Source of the DNA: an uncultured Methanosarcinales archaeon
GTDB lineage: Archaea > Nanobdellota > Nanobdellia > Woesearchaeales > JABMPP01
NCBI GenBank assembly: GCA_964604995.1
Contig: CAZSAD010000016.1
Location: 1 to 34,358 of the forward strand
Direction of reading: 5' to 3'
Length of the DNA stretch: 34,358 nt
The notes under the pieces are model-generated. The model was not told where the DNA came from and made no database searches. It worked only from the letters and a program-made list of their open reading frames with translations. Below, piece by piece: positions 19,423 through 29,408 of this stretch; the stretch's first letter is position 1, and the number at the start of each line of letters is the position of its first letter. Made by a program: the position numbers and the translations under genes.

Positions 19423-20392
19423 GGAAACTAAAAATAACATTTTAGAAACAATAGGCAATACCCCCTTAATTAGATTAAATAATCTTTCTAAGGATTTTAA
19501 CTCAAAAATATATGCTAAGCTTGAGTTTATGAATCCAGGGGGGAGTATAAAAGACAGAATGGCATATCACATGATAGAAGATGCTGAAAAAAATGGTTTA
19601 TTAAAACCTGGCGGAACTATTGTTGAAAACACCTCTGGAAATACGGGCGTTGGACTTGCTATGGTTGCAGCAGTTAAAGGTTACAAAGCAATTTTTACAA
19701 TACCCGATAAAATGAGTCAGGAAAAGATTAATTTGTTAAAAGCCTACGGGGCCAAGGTTATTGTAACTCCAACTGATGTACCTTACAATGACCCAAGAAG
19801 TTATTATGAAACTGCAAAAAGGATAGCGAAAGAAACCCCTAATTCTTTTTATATAAATCAGTATGACAACCCAAAAAATCCAGAAGCACATTACAAAACA
19901 ACTGGACCTGAAATTTGGCAACAAATGAGGGGGAAAATTGATTTTTTAGTTGCAGGAATTGGAACTGGGGGTACTTTAAGCGGAGTAGCAAAATATCTTA
20001 AAGAAAAAAATCCAAAAATAAAAGTTATTGCAACTGATCCTATTGGTTCAGTTTTCTATAACTATTTTAAGCATAAAAAAATGATAAAGCCACATGTTTA
20101 CAAAGTTGAAGGCATTGGTGAAGATTATTTAGTAAAAGCAATGGATTTTAGCGTCGTTGATGATATCATACAAGTCAATGATAAAAACTCTTTTTTAACT
20201 GCTAGGAGACTGGCAAGGGAAGAAGGAATCTTTGCTGGAGGCTCAAGTGGTGCTGCTATTTGGGCTTCTTTAGAATTAGCAAGAAATATTAAAGATAAAA
20301 AAAATATCGTAACTATTTTGCCAGATTCAGGTTCAAGATACTTAAGTAAATTTTATAATGATGAATGGATGGAGCAAAATGGATTCTTGTAA
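19403..20392 (+). CDS. PLP-dependent cystathionine beta-synthase / cysteine synthase family; true start uncertain
   Basis: IGNTPL, KLEFMNPGGSIKDR, ENTSGNTG, GIGTGGT, YKVEGIGED, PDSGSRYLSK. Confidence 0.93.
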   Translation: MLIIGVEETKNNILETIGNTPLIRLNNLSKDFNSKIYAKLEFMNPGGSIKDRMAYHMIEDAEKNGLLKPGGTIVENTSGNTGVGLAMVAAVKGYKAIFTIPDKMSQEKINLLKAYGAKVIVTPTDVPYNDPRSYYETAKRIAKETPNSFYINQYDNPKNPEAHYKTTGPEIWQQMRGKIDFLVAGIGTGGTLSGVAKYLKEKNPKIKVIATDPIGSVFYNYFKHKKMIKPHVYKVEGIGEDYLVKAMDFSVVDDIIQVNDKNSFLTARRLAREEGIFAGGSSGAAIWASLELARNIKDKKNIVTILPDSGSRYLSKFYNDEWMEQNGFL

Positions 20393-20427
20393 TATCATTT
20401 TGATTGAAAATTTGCGAGGTAAGAAAA

Positions 20428-21585
20428 ATGAAATTTGAAACAAAAATAATTCATATAGGTGAAGAGCCAAATCTAAAAAATGGTGGAAGCGGTGATGTAG
20501 TTATACCTATTCATCTCTCATCTACATTTGCTAGAAAAGAAATAGACAAACCTACAAATGGTTATGAATATTCAAGAAGTGGAAATCCAACAAGAAATGC
20601 CCTTGAAAAAAGATTAGCTGCTTTGGAAGATGCTAAATTTGGATTAGCATTTGCTTCAGGACTAGCTGCAGAAACCATAATTGGACTGACTTTATTGGAA
20701 CCTGGCGATCATGTAATTGCTTTTGATGATTTGTATGGTGGCACAAGACGATTATTTAACAATGTTTTTAATCAAAATTTCAAAGTTGAATTTAGTTTTG
20801 TCGATGCGAGAAATATACAAAATGTAGAAAATGCCATTAATAATAAAACTAAACTTATTTGGCTTGAAACTCCAACAAATCCTTTAATGAAACTTTGTGA
20901 TATAAAAGCAATATCAAAAATTGCTAAAATGAAAAATATAATTGTGGTTGTTGACAATACTTTTATGAGTCCTTATTTTCAAAAGCCATTAAATTTAGGT
21001 GCAAATATTGTGGTTCATAGTACAACCAAATATATCAATGGGCATAGTGATTCTATAGGTGGAGCAATAATGCTTTCTGATGAAAATATTTACAATAAAC
21101 TAAAGTTCAATCAAAATGCAACTGGCAATATGCTTTCTTCATTTGATAGTTTTCTTGTTTTAAGAGGCATTAAAACATTAGCGTTAAGAATGGAAAAACA
21201 CAATGAAAATGCCCTAAGAATTGCAGAATTTCTTAATGTTCATCCAAAAATAAAAAAAGTAAACTATCCCGGACTAAAGAATTATCCTCAACATGAATTG
21301 GCTAAACAACAAATGTCCGGCTTTGGGGGGATGTTATCTTTTGAAATAAATGGAAGTTTAAACGAAACAAAATCATTTCTTGAAAATCTTAAACTGATTT
21401 TGTTGGCTGAAAGCTTGGGAGGAGTTGAATCTTTAATTGAACATCCTGCACTGATGACCCATTCTTCTGTTTCGCAAAAAGAAAGAGAAAAAATAGGGAT
21501 TACCAATTCATTAATTAGGTTATCAGTTGGGATTGAAAATGTTCAAGATTTGATTGATGATTTAACTACTGCCTTAAAAAATTGA
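20428..21585 (+). CDS. Cystathionine gamma-lyase/gamma-synthase family
   Basis: YEYSRSGNPTR, LETPTNP, VDNTF, HSTTKYINGHSD, LAESLGGVESL; ATG 20428 follows a GAGGT SD. Confidence 0.94.
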   Translation: MKFETKIIHIGEEPNLKNGGSGDVVIPIHLSSTFARKEIDKPTNGYEYSRSGNPTRNALEKRLAALEDAKFGLAFASGLAAETIIGLTLLEPGDHVIAFDDLYGGTRRLFNNVFNQNFKVEFSFVDARNIQNVENAINNKTKLIWLETPTNPLMKLCDIKAISKIAKMKNIIVVVDNTFMSPYFQKPLNLGANIVVHSTTKYINGHSDSIGGAIMLSDENIYNKLKFNQNATGNMLSSFDSFLVLRGIKTLALRMEKHNENALRIAEFLNVHPKIKKVNYPGLKNYPQHELAKQQMSGFGGMLSFEINGSLNETKSFLENLKLILLAESLGGVESLIEHPALMTHSSVSQKEREKIGITNSLIRLSVGIENVQDLIDDLTTALKN

Positions 21586-21666
21586 ATGTGCTCTTATAAT
21601 CAAATCACTAATCATTTCATTTTTTAATTTTTACTTTAAATTATTATTTCTATTATTTCTAATAAT

Positions 21667-22206
21667 TTATTCCAATTCTCTTTTTAGAGTTTTATGTGCA
21701 TGGTTTATTTTTTTGAATTTTTCAACATCGCCAGTAGCTTTATCAGGATGGTGTTCCTTTGCTAAATCTTTGTAGGCTTTATCTATAACATCCATATCAA
21801 TAGTATCATGTTCTAATCCTAATATTTCTCTTGCTTCTTTTCTTCTATCTAATATATCATGTTCTTCATGAAATTCACTGATAAATTCTTCAGGACTTTT
21901 TTCTCCTTTCAAAAATGCATTGACATGCGCTTCAACTACCCTGTGGACTATATATAAATTCTCAACAAATTTGTCTGATTTACTATAACTGTAATGCAAA
22001 TGTCTTCCATCAACGTACCACGAAATAGTCGCTGGGGCTTTTTTTCCAGCTATTGATTCTAATGGGATATCAATATCATCTTCAGGAACACTAATTTTTG
22101 AGAGTGTTTTAATAATTCCATTTCTAAAATTAACTGCTCTTCTTTGAAAAGAATCTCTTATAATCATTGTATTTATTTCATATCCTTTAATTTTTACTAT
22201 TGGCAT
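21667..22206 (-). CDS. Protein with a C-terminal DnaJ (J) domain
   Basis: EILGL...KAYKDLAKEHHPDK...FKKINHAH; GGAGG SD. Confidence 0.88.
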   Translation of the reverse strand: MPIVKIKGYEINTMIIRDSFQRRAVNFRNGIIKTLSKISVPEDDIDIPLESIAGKKAPATISWYVDGRHLHYSYSKSDKFVENLYIVHRVVEAHVNAFLKGEKSPEEFISEFHEEHDILDRRKEAREILGLEHDTIDMDVIDKAYKDLAKEHHPDKATGDVEKFKKINHAHKTLKRELE

Positions 22207-22311
22207 TTTATCCTCCTATTATAACATTATTTTAATAACATTATTTTATAATTCTATTTTTCTAACAATATTTTTTATCACTATTTTTTATTTTTATTTA
22301 TCCTCTATTTT

Positions 22312-24141
22312 TTATTGATATTTATTTTTTTGATTAAGTGTGCTTAATCTTTTTTTATTTTCATTTCTTGATGGAAACATCATAGCTTTTTGCATTTTCT
22401 TTTCATTGTAAGAATAAGGTACATAAACCTTTTCTCCTGTAAAAGGATGCATTCCTGTCCAATACATGCAACTACTTAATGTAGCAGGTGTTGGTGTAAA
22501 AATTTGAACCTGATCTATTTCTCCAAATTGTTCAATAAATGCTTTGAGCTCCTTCATTTCATCAATCCCACACCCTGGATGAGCAGCCATAAAATAGGGA
22601 ATTAATTGGATGTTTTTTTGTTCTCTTTTAAGTTCACTTTTTACACGATCAAACTTTTTTATAAATTTAAACCAATCTTGTTTTGTTCCTTTATTCATCA
22701 TTTTTAGTACTTTTTCATTTACGTGTTCAGGTGCAACTTTTAATCTTCCGGAAACATGATATCTGCAAATTTCATAAAGGTATTTGTGTTCATCTTCCTC
22801 AGAAAGTTTGTTTAGTAAATCTAATCTAATTCCGCTTCTGACAAAAACCTTTTTTATTCCAGGAATACTACTTGCCATTTTTAGAAGTTTTGGATATTCC
22901 ATTAATGAAGGGTATCTTTTAACCATTATTGGGCAATCAATACATTCTTTCAAATTATTTTTGCATCTAATTGTGCAATCCATTTTATACATATTTGCAG
23001 ATGGACCACCTAAATCATCGATTATTCCGTTAAAATGTGGCAGTGTTTTAAGGGATTCAATTTCTTTTTTTATTGATTCAAATGATCTTGATTGAATTAT
23101 TTTTCCTTGATGTAAAAATATTGAACAAAAAGAACATTTTCCAAAACATCCTCTGTGCGAAAGAACTGACCATTGCACAGATTTTATTGCAGGAATATCT
23201 GATTGCCTTGTATAAGGCAATTCATAAATATAATCCAATTCTTTTTCTGTTAAAACCCTCATTGGATTTTGTATGATTAACTGATCGCTGTTAGAATTTT
23301 GTTTTTGTGCAATGAATTCTTTCTCATAGGATAATTTAAATGCTAAATTAAATAATTTTTTTGATTTAATATCATTTCCTTTAATTTCATCAAAACTAGG
23401 GAGTAAAATATATTTAGAGGGGTTACTTTTGTTATCATTGTTATTATTACCATCATCATTATTTGGCAAAACCTTTGATTTATAGCAAACATTTTGGATA
23501 TTTGTTAATTCAGCAACTTTTTTTCCTGATTTTATTGCATTTGCAATATCTAAAACTGCATGTTCGCCCATTCCATAAACAAGTAAATCTGCACGGGATT
23601 CAGCCAGAATTGATTTTCTTATGTTGTTATCCCAATAATCATAATGTGCAAATCTTCTAAGTGAAGCTTCAATTCCACCAATAACAATTGGGACTTGTTC
23701 ATTATTAATATTTAATTTTCCTTTGAAAAGTTCTCTTAATTTATTACAATAAACTAAAGTTGCTCTATCTGGTCTTTTTCCAGGTTTGTTGTCTTTTGAA
23801 TAATGGTCTTGATCTCTTGGTTTTTTTAGTGGACTGTAATTTGCAAGCATACTATCAAGATTTCCAGCGGTAACACCAAAGAAAAGTTTAGGAGTTCCAT
23901 ATTTTAAAAAATCTTTATTTGTTTTCCAATCTGGTTGGTCAATTACTGCAACACTAAATCCAAATGATTCCATAAATTTTTTAATAACAGCGGCTCCAAA
24001 ATATGGGTGGTCAACATAAGCATCTCCTGTAATTAAAATTATATCATAAACTGCACTAGATGGCATGTTTTGTGATAGGGCTTGCTTTTTATTACTTAAA
24101 GCTAGTATTTCTTTATCCTTGGAATTCTTCACTTTTTCCAT
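22312..24141 (-). CDS. YgiQ/UPF0313-family radical SAM protein
   Basis: ITGDAYVDHP, GGIEASLRRFAHYDYW, HRGCFGKCSFC, DLGGPSANMY, LKVAPEH. Confidence 0.93.
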   Translation of the reverse strand: MEKVKNSKDKEILALSNKKQALSQNMPSSAVYDIILITGDAYVDHPYFGAAVIKKFMESFGFSVAVIDQPDWKTNKDFLKYGTPKLFFGVTAGNLDSMLANYSPLKKPRDQDHYSKDNKPGKRPDRATLVYCNKLRELFKGKLNINNEQVPIVIGGIEASLRRFAHYDYWDNNIRKSILAESRADLLVYGMGEHAVLDIANAIKSGKKVAELTNIQNVCYKSKVLPNNDDGNNNNDNKSNPSKYILLPSFDEIKGNDIKSKKLFNLAFKLSYEKEFIAQKQNSNSDQLIIQNPMRVLTEKELDYIYELPYTRQSDIPAIKSVQWSVLSHRGCFGKCSFCSIFLHQGKIIQSRSFESIKKEIESLKTLPHFNGIIDDLGGPSANMYKMDCTIRCKNNLKECIDCPIMVKRYPSLMEYPKLLKMASSIPGIKKVFVRSGIRLDLLNKLSEEDEHKYLYEICRYHVSGRLKVAPEHVNEKVLKMMNKGTKQDWFKFIKKFDRVKSELKREQKNIQLIPYFMAAHPGCGIDEMKELKAFIEQFGEIDQVQIFTPTPATLSSCMYWTGMHPFTGEKVYVPYSYNEKKMQKAMMFPSRNENKKRLSTLNQKNKYQ

Positions 24142-24213
24142 GATTTTAGCAAGTTTTTCCCTCTTAAAAAGCTTATTAAATAATAAGATAAAAGTAGCAA
24201 ATAGGGTATAGAA

Positions 24214-25785
24214 TTAATTATTGTTATAATTAGTGGGGGTATTATGTTTTCTTGAAGATTTTTTTAAGTGATTATAAATTTGGGAATACTCTGGTGCGGT
24301 TTGATAATTATTTTCAGTTAATATTTCTCTAATTGTTTCCATCAAAGAGATTGCAGTTATCCCATGTGCTTTCATAGCTTTTATATGATGCTCTCTTTTT
24401 TTACCGAATGTTAAAAGTTCGGTTCTATATAATCCTTTATTCTTGTTTTCATATTTTTCTAACTCATCTATTTTGAAAATAAAACATTTAGATTTATGTT
24501 TAAATGATTTATCTTTTTTATTTTCATCTTCAATATTTTTTACAAAGATTATTGCTTCAAATTTTTGCTTATCTGAAGTAGATGAATCTCTATGTACATA
24601 AACTTGAAGTACTGAATATTTTTTATCATTGTTATCTTCAGATTTTGTTTCTTTAGTGTAGCGAAGTACTGATAATTTTAAAATTCCATTAGAATCATAT
24701 ATTTGAATATCTTTTTTTTCAGAATTTAAAAAAAGTATTTCATCTAATTTTCCAATATCCATCTCAACAAGTGCACCATTTGTTCTATCCGTCAATCCTT
24801 TATTTGATTTGATAATTTGGCTAGGTTCAAATTGATAATCTAATCTTTTTACTAAATCATTTATTGAATCCATTGATACGTAAACTGTATTAATATTTCT
24901 TATTGTATCTTTCATATTTTTTTTATAATGTCTGCATTCAGGTCTATTCATAATCTCATTAATTTTATCAGATTTATCAACTACAATTTCTGGATGCTTT
25001 GCTATATCTTCAAGTTTTGTTGAAAATGTTTCTTTTTCAAATGTATTTTCAATCCATTCAAAAGTTGGCAGTTTATTTTTTTCTTTACTTTTCAAATGGT
25101 TTATAAATTGGAAAGAAAATAATTTTACACTATTTCTATTCTTATCGGGAAAAAACCACTTATGCCTGCTTATTTCATTGGTTCCACTTGCTTGGTATAA
25201 AATAGAAGGATGGCCACAAGAAAGATTATTTTTATCTCTTGATTCTTCGTTTACTAAAATGTAAGATAATCTACTAGGATTTAATATATCAATTAAATAT
25301 ACTATTCCTTCATATTTTTGAAGTCCAAATTCTTGAGGATCATGAGAAGATTCTCTATTAATCATCCCACTAAATAAGATTATGGAATCTTTTTTATTAT
25401 ATCCATTGTTTAACATAGAAAATTCTGAATTAAATCCTGGGATATTTGTCAAACTTTCTTCTTTTTTTGGTTCGTATAAATAATTAAAACTAAATTCTTT
25501 CCCTCTTTTTTTATAAACTTGGTTGTATAAATCTATTAATGCATCTAGTTTTAGAAGATAGCTATCTTTTTTATTAAAATCTTTATTTGCAATATCCTCT
25601 ATATTTACGAGTTTATGCAACTCAAAATTAAAAAAAATGCACAGCTGCTCTAGAATAACTTTGGGCATATACAAAGCTGGCTTTTTTTTGAGTAGATAAT
25701 CAAATTTGTATAAACTCTCGGGACTATTCTCATTTACTTTATCAATGAGGGTTTTCTTTGTTTTGTCATGAAGTATGCTTGACAT
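24214..25785 (-). CDS. Hypothetical protein (523 aa)
   Basis: Long uninterrupted ORF; no motif recognised. Confidence 0.8.
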   Translation of the reverse strand: MSSILHDKTKKTLIDKVNENSPESLYKFDYLLKKKPALYMPKVILEQLCIFFNFELHKLVNIEDIANKDFNKKDSYLLKLDALIDLYNQVYKKRGKEFSFNYLYEPKKEESLTNIPGFNSEFSMLNNGYNKKDSIILFSGMINRESSHDPQEFGLQKYEGIVYLIDILNPSRLSYILVNEESRDKNNLSCGHPSILYQASGTNEISRHKWFFPDKNRNSVKLFSFQFINHLKSKEKNKLPTFEWIENTFEKETFSTKLEDIAKHPEIVVDKSDKINEIMNRPECRHYKKNMKDTIRNINTVYVSMDSINDLVKRLDYQFEPSQIIKSNKGLTDRTNGALVEMDIGKLDEILFLNSEKKDIQIYDSNGILKLSVLRYTKETKSEDNNDKKYSVLQVYVHRDSSTSDKQKFEAIIFVKNIEDENKKDKSFKHKSKCFIFKIDELEKYENKNKGLYRTELLTFGKKREHHIKAMKAHGITAISLMETIREILTENNYQTAPEYSQIYNHLKKSSRKHNTPTNYNNN

Positions 25786-25878
25786 GAGTGAAAGAAGGAA
25801 TAAATTGGGGTTTAATAGGTTTTACTATTATACAATGATTATATTTGTTAATATCTCTTTTAATATCTTTGATATTTA

Positions 25879-26313
25879 CTAATCAAAATAATCTTCATAG
25901 CAAAAATTTTTGTTATTGGGTCCTTCGTATGTGCAATTGCCTTTTTCTTCAATAAGATTGTCATATAAAAATTCTTTATATCTGTTAATCAATTTTGTAC
26001 AATCAGAGCATCTTTTGAAATGTGTGCCGACTTCTATTTCAAACTCTTTTTCATTTATTTTTATTAATTTTAATGGTACACTTGCATTCTCATTAAATTG
26101 TTTGAATATTGTATCGATAAATCTATTATCGGTTAAAACATCTGATATTTTTAAATGAAGAATACATTTTTTTGGAGCTGTAAAATTAACAACTTCTTTT
26201 TTTATTAGAATACATTTTCCAGTTTTTAATTTTTGCTCAGTTTCTATTTTTGCTCTTTGCATAGCTAAAGGGAGCTTTATAGAACCATCTTCATTAAATT
26301 CTATTGTTGACAT
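25879..26313 (-). CDS. Hypothetical protein with a CxxC motif
   Basis: ORF; ATG 26313 follows a GAGTGA SD; contains RCSDC. Confidence 0.78.
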   Translation of the reverse strand: MSTIEFNEDGSIKLPLAMQRAKIETEQKLKTGKCILIKKEVVNFTAPKKCILHLKISDVLTDNRFIDTIFKQFNENASVPLKLIKINEKEFEIEVGTHFKRCSDCTKLINRYKEFLYDNLIEEKGNCTYEGPNNKNFCYEDYFD

Positions 26314-26367
26314 GGTAATCACTCTTTTTAATTTTTAATCAGTTTCTTTACTTAAAATAATTTATTG

Positions 26368-27768
26368 CTATTTTTTTGAAACAAAATAAAGCATGTGCTC
26401 TCTGTAAATATTTAGTTCTTTAGGGTATTTATTTATTGAAAGCAAAGTTTTTGTGTATTTCCTTCTTAAATCTCTTGCTTCATCTCTATTTACTCCCTTA
26501 GCAATATCATAAGTAATTTTGTCAGGTAGCATTGTTCTTTTATCTTTATGTACGCTGGTAATTGAAAACTTGTCTGGATTTTTTTCAGCAATTGAACCTT
26601 CTTGAAGTCCAAATATTGAAGTTGAAATCAAATCAATTGAATCTTTGTTTCTTTTCAAAAAATTTATTGTGTCTAAAAATTCTTCTTTTGTTTCAGTTGG
26701 AAATCCAAACATAATATATGTTACATTAACAATTCCTGCAAATTTGCTTGCTTTAAGAGTAGATTCAATTTCAGTTATAACTGTACCTTTGTCCATCAAT
26801 GAAAGTATTCTTTGATTTCCAGATTCAACTCCCCATATTACAACTTTAAGACCACCATCATGTAATATTTTTAGAGTTGTTTCATCTAAATCTTTTGTTG
26901 GACGAAGTTGGCACATCCATTTAACATTAAGTGATTTAAAGAGCTCGGCCAAATCCAATAATCTTTTTTTGTGAACCATATCATCAATTACAAAAACAAG
27001 ACTAGCTTTTGATTTTACTACTGATTCTTTTATATCTTTTAAATCATATTCTAAATATTTCCCGAAATTATGGTGAGTACAAAATGCGCATTTTTGATAA
27101 TAGCAACAACTTGATGTTCTAAGGCTTATGACTTTTTCAGGAGTAAAATAAAGTGAAAAATCATAATTTGAATAATCTAATATTCTAGAACAATCAATTT
27201 TATCGTGGTCGATTTTATTTTCAATTTTTGTTTTTGTTAAATATTCTAGTAGTTCTACTTCATTGGCTAAATATATTGCGGCATCTTTTAGTTGTTTAGT
27301 TACTGCTGGCCCACCTACAATTACCTCAATATTATTTTTCTTAAGTTCTTTTGCTAAAAGCAAAGCAAAAAAAGCTTGACTGTTGTAAACTAGACTAAAT
27401 AACACAACATTAGGTTTTTTTGAGAGGATATTTTTTAGACAATCTTGAAGCATTGTGCTATTTTCATTTAATCTTAATTCGTTATTTTCTAATTTTGAGA
27501 ATGCATCAATTTTTAATTTGATATCATGAATTAATGAACTATAATTTTTTAGGTCGTTATTTTGCATAGATTCTCTTATTTTTTCATAATCTTCTTTGAA
27601 TTGTTTTTGGTGAAGCCATGCATTTAAATCAAGAAGTTGAAAATTAAATTCATTAGGTGGTGAATTCATTTCTAAAAATTTAGTTACATAAGTAATGCTA
27701 TATGGTGGACTTACTGGCGAACAAAATGGGGGGAATACTGATAAAATATTTTTTGATGTGTTTTCCAT
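26368..27768 (-). CDS. B12-binding-domain radical SAM protein
   Basis: VIVGGP, CYYQKCAFC, WGVESGNQRILSLMDKG, YIMFGFPTET. Confidence 0.9.
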   Translation of the reverse strand: MENTSKNILSVFPPFCSPVSPPYSITYVTKFLEMNSPPNEFNFQLLDLNAWLHQKQFKEDYEKIRESMQNNDLKNYSSLIHDIKLKIDAFSKLENNELRLNENSTMLQDCLKNILSKKPNVVLFSLVYNSQAFFALLLAKELKKNNIEVIVGGPAVTKQLKDAAIYLANEVELLEYLTKTKIENKIDHDKIDCSRILDYSNYDFSLYFTPEKVISLRTSSCCYYQKCAFCTHHNFGKYLEYDLKDIKESVVKSKASLVFVIDDMVHKKRLLDLAELFKSLNVKWMCQLRPTKDLDETTLKILHDGGLKVVIWGVESGNQRILSLMDKGTVITEIESTLKASKFAGIVNVTYIMFGFPTETKEEFLDTINFLKRNKDSIDLISTSIFGLQEGSIAEKNPDKFSITSVHKDKRTMLPDKITYDIAKGVNRDEARDLRRKYTKTLLSINKYPKELNIYREHMLYFVSKK

Positions 27769-27926
27769 AGATAAATGGAATTATTTTGGATTTAAAAATA
27801 AATGCTAGATTGAGTTTACTTCATATTTAATAAACATTTTTAAATGATTTTTTATTAAAAATAGCTTTTTATTAATCATCATTTTTTGGCAAAACTTTAT
27901 AAACTTTCAAGTAGTAATGTAAAATT

Positions 27927-28322
27927 ATGCCAGTTGATTTACCACCAGATAGTACATCCCATGAAATTGTAATAGAACAAATTATTAAAAATATTGATTC
28001 TAAAGCATCGCCTGGTACAGATGAATTTAATGGAGAAATGATAAGTGATAAAACCTGGACAAAAGGTAATTTAATCACAATAATTTCTAATAAATGGGCA
28101 GTATTTGTAAAAAGAGGACCTGAAAATTTTATCTATTTTGATGTAAAACCTTATGGCTCTTTAGATGGTGCTGCAAAAAATTCGAAACCGATGGGGGATG
28201 ATGATATTCTTGAAATAATAGCACAAATTCTAAAAAATCCAGGTCTTTATAAAAACACAACACAAGAGCATGCACAACAAGATTACCAAAAAGATATACC
28301 TAAATATTTTGGTGGCGAGTGA
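27927..28322 (+). CDS. Hypothetical protein (131 aa)
   Basis: ORF with ATG and a TTTATAAA box about 30 nt upstream. Confidence 0.72.
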   Translation: MPVDLPPDSTSHEIVIEQIIKNIDSKASPGTDEFNGEMISDKTWTKGNLITIISNKWAVFVKRGPENFIYFDVKPYGSLDGAAKNSKPMGDDDILEIIAQILKNPGLYKNTTQEHAQQDYQKDIPKYFGGE

Positions 28323-28351
28323 ATTATTATTTTATAAAAATAAACAAGGTA

Positions 28352-28543
28352 TTATTTATGTTCACTATATCTTTTCTTCATTGCTTTTGTTGGAAAAAGA
28401 TTTGATAATATTTTCCCTTGCCATTTGATAAATTTATCAATGCAATTAGAACAAATATCTATCTTGTGAGATTCATCAATTTTTAAATGATGAAACTGTA
28501 CATTATAATTTTCAATTTCTTTTTCACATAAATTGCATTTCAT
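28352..28543 (-). CDS. Small zinc-binding protein (63 aa)
   Basis: MKCNLC...ICSNC; start placed at ATG 28543 rather than the upstream TTG. Confidence 0.78.
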   Translation of the reverse strand: MKCNLCEKEIENYNVQFHHLKIDESHKIDICSNCIDKFIKWQGKILSNLFPTKAMKKRYSEHK

Positions 28544-28695
28544 GTTTTTTTCAATTATTAACAATATAATGAATGAATATAAATTTATCGAAGAAATTGT
28601 ACAATATGTAATAACAAACATATATAACAAAATAGTTTTACATATAACAAAAATAGTTTTGCCCTTTTTATTAATACTACTTATATCTCTCTTTT

Positions 28696-28774
28696 AGTTG
28701 AGAATTCTAAATTATCCCTATCTTTTAGTTGATAATTATCAACTACTTGTGTATTTTGGTTGAGAATCTCAACT
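28696..28774. promoter_or_regulatory. Three related palindromes at about 31-32 bp spacing (operator-like)
   Basis: AGTTGAGAATTCTAAATT (28696-28713), perfect TAGTTGATAATTATCAACTA (28726-28745), GTTGAGAATCTCAAC (28759-28773). Confidence 0.6.
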
Positions 28775-28952
28775 TTTAACCATCAAGTTTATAAAGAATT
28801 AAAAAAATGCACCTTAGTTCCAAAGTTTTTAGGTAAAATCAACTCAGATGTATTTTCTCTGAATTTCCTTTATGCGAACTAATCATTATTATTAGTAAAA
28901 ATAAAATCTCAAAACAAATCCGAACAGAAACTTAACTATATTGCTTTAAAAA

Positions 28953-29351
28953 ATGAATAATAAACGCAATAAAAAAAGGATGGTGAAATGGAAAAGAAAT
29001 GCAATAATTTGTTTTCTTTTTATATTTGTAAGTTTTGGTATTTTTTTTGTTTCTACTTTATTTCATGAGGCAATTCATGTTTTTATGGGTGATGGAAATG
29101 CCAATAAGGTATGTTTAGATTTTAACAGCAAAATCAATGATAATGTTCAAGCTGGTTTTTTGATTGCTCATACAGAATTTAATGGCAATTTTACTAACGT
29201 CTCTTCTTTTAAAAGTTGGAGGGATTATAGCGAGAAAGTAGCTTTGATATCTCAATATATTTTTGGTATAATCTTGACTTTATCTATGGGGTTTGTTTTA
29301 GGTTTTTTGTTTAAAAAAGAGTCTCTAAAAATAAGCAAGAAAAGTAATTAG
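28953..29351 (+). CDS. Small membrane protein with an HExxH motif (possible zinc metallopeptidase-like)
   Basis: Two hydrophobic segments; LFHEAIH at the end of the first. Confidence 0.7.
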   Translation: MNNKRNKKRMVKWKRNAIICFLFIFVSFGIFFVSTLFHEAIHVFMGDGNANKVCLDFNSKINDNVQAGFLIAHTEFNGNFTNVSSFKSWRDYSEKVALISQYIFGIILTLSMGFVLGFLFKKESLKISKKSN

Positions 29352-29408
29352 CCTTGCTAGAATTGAATATTTTTAAAAAAATAAAAATCATATTTCATTG
29401 ATTAACAT

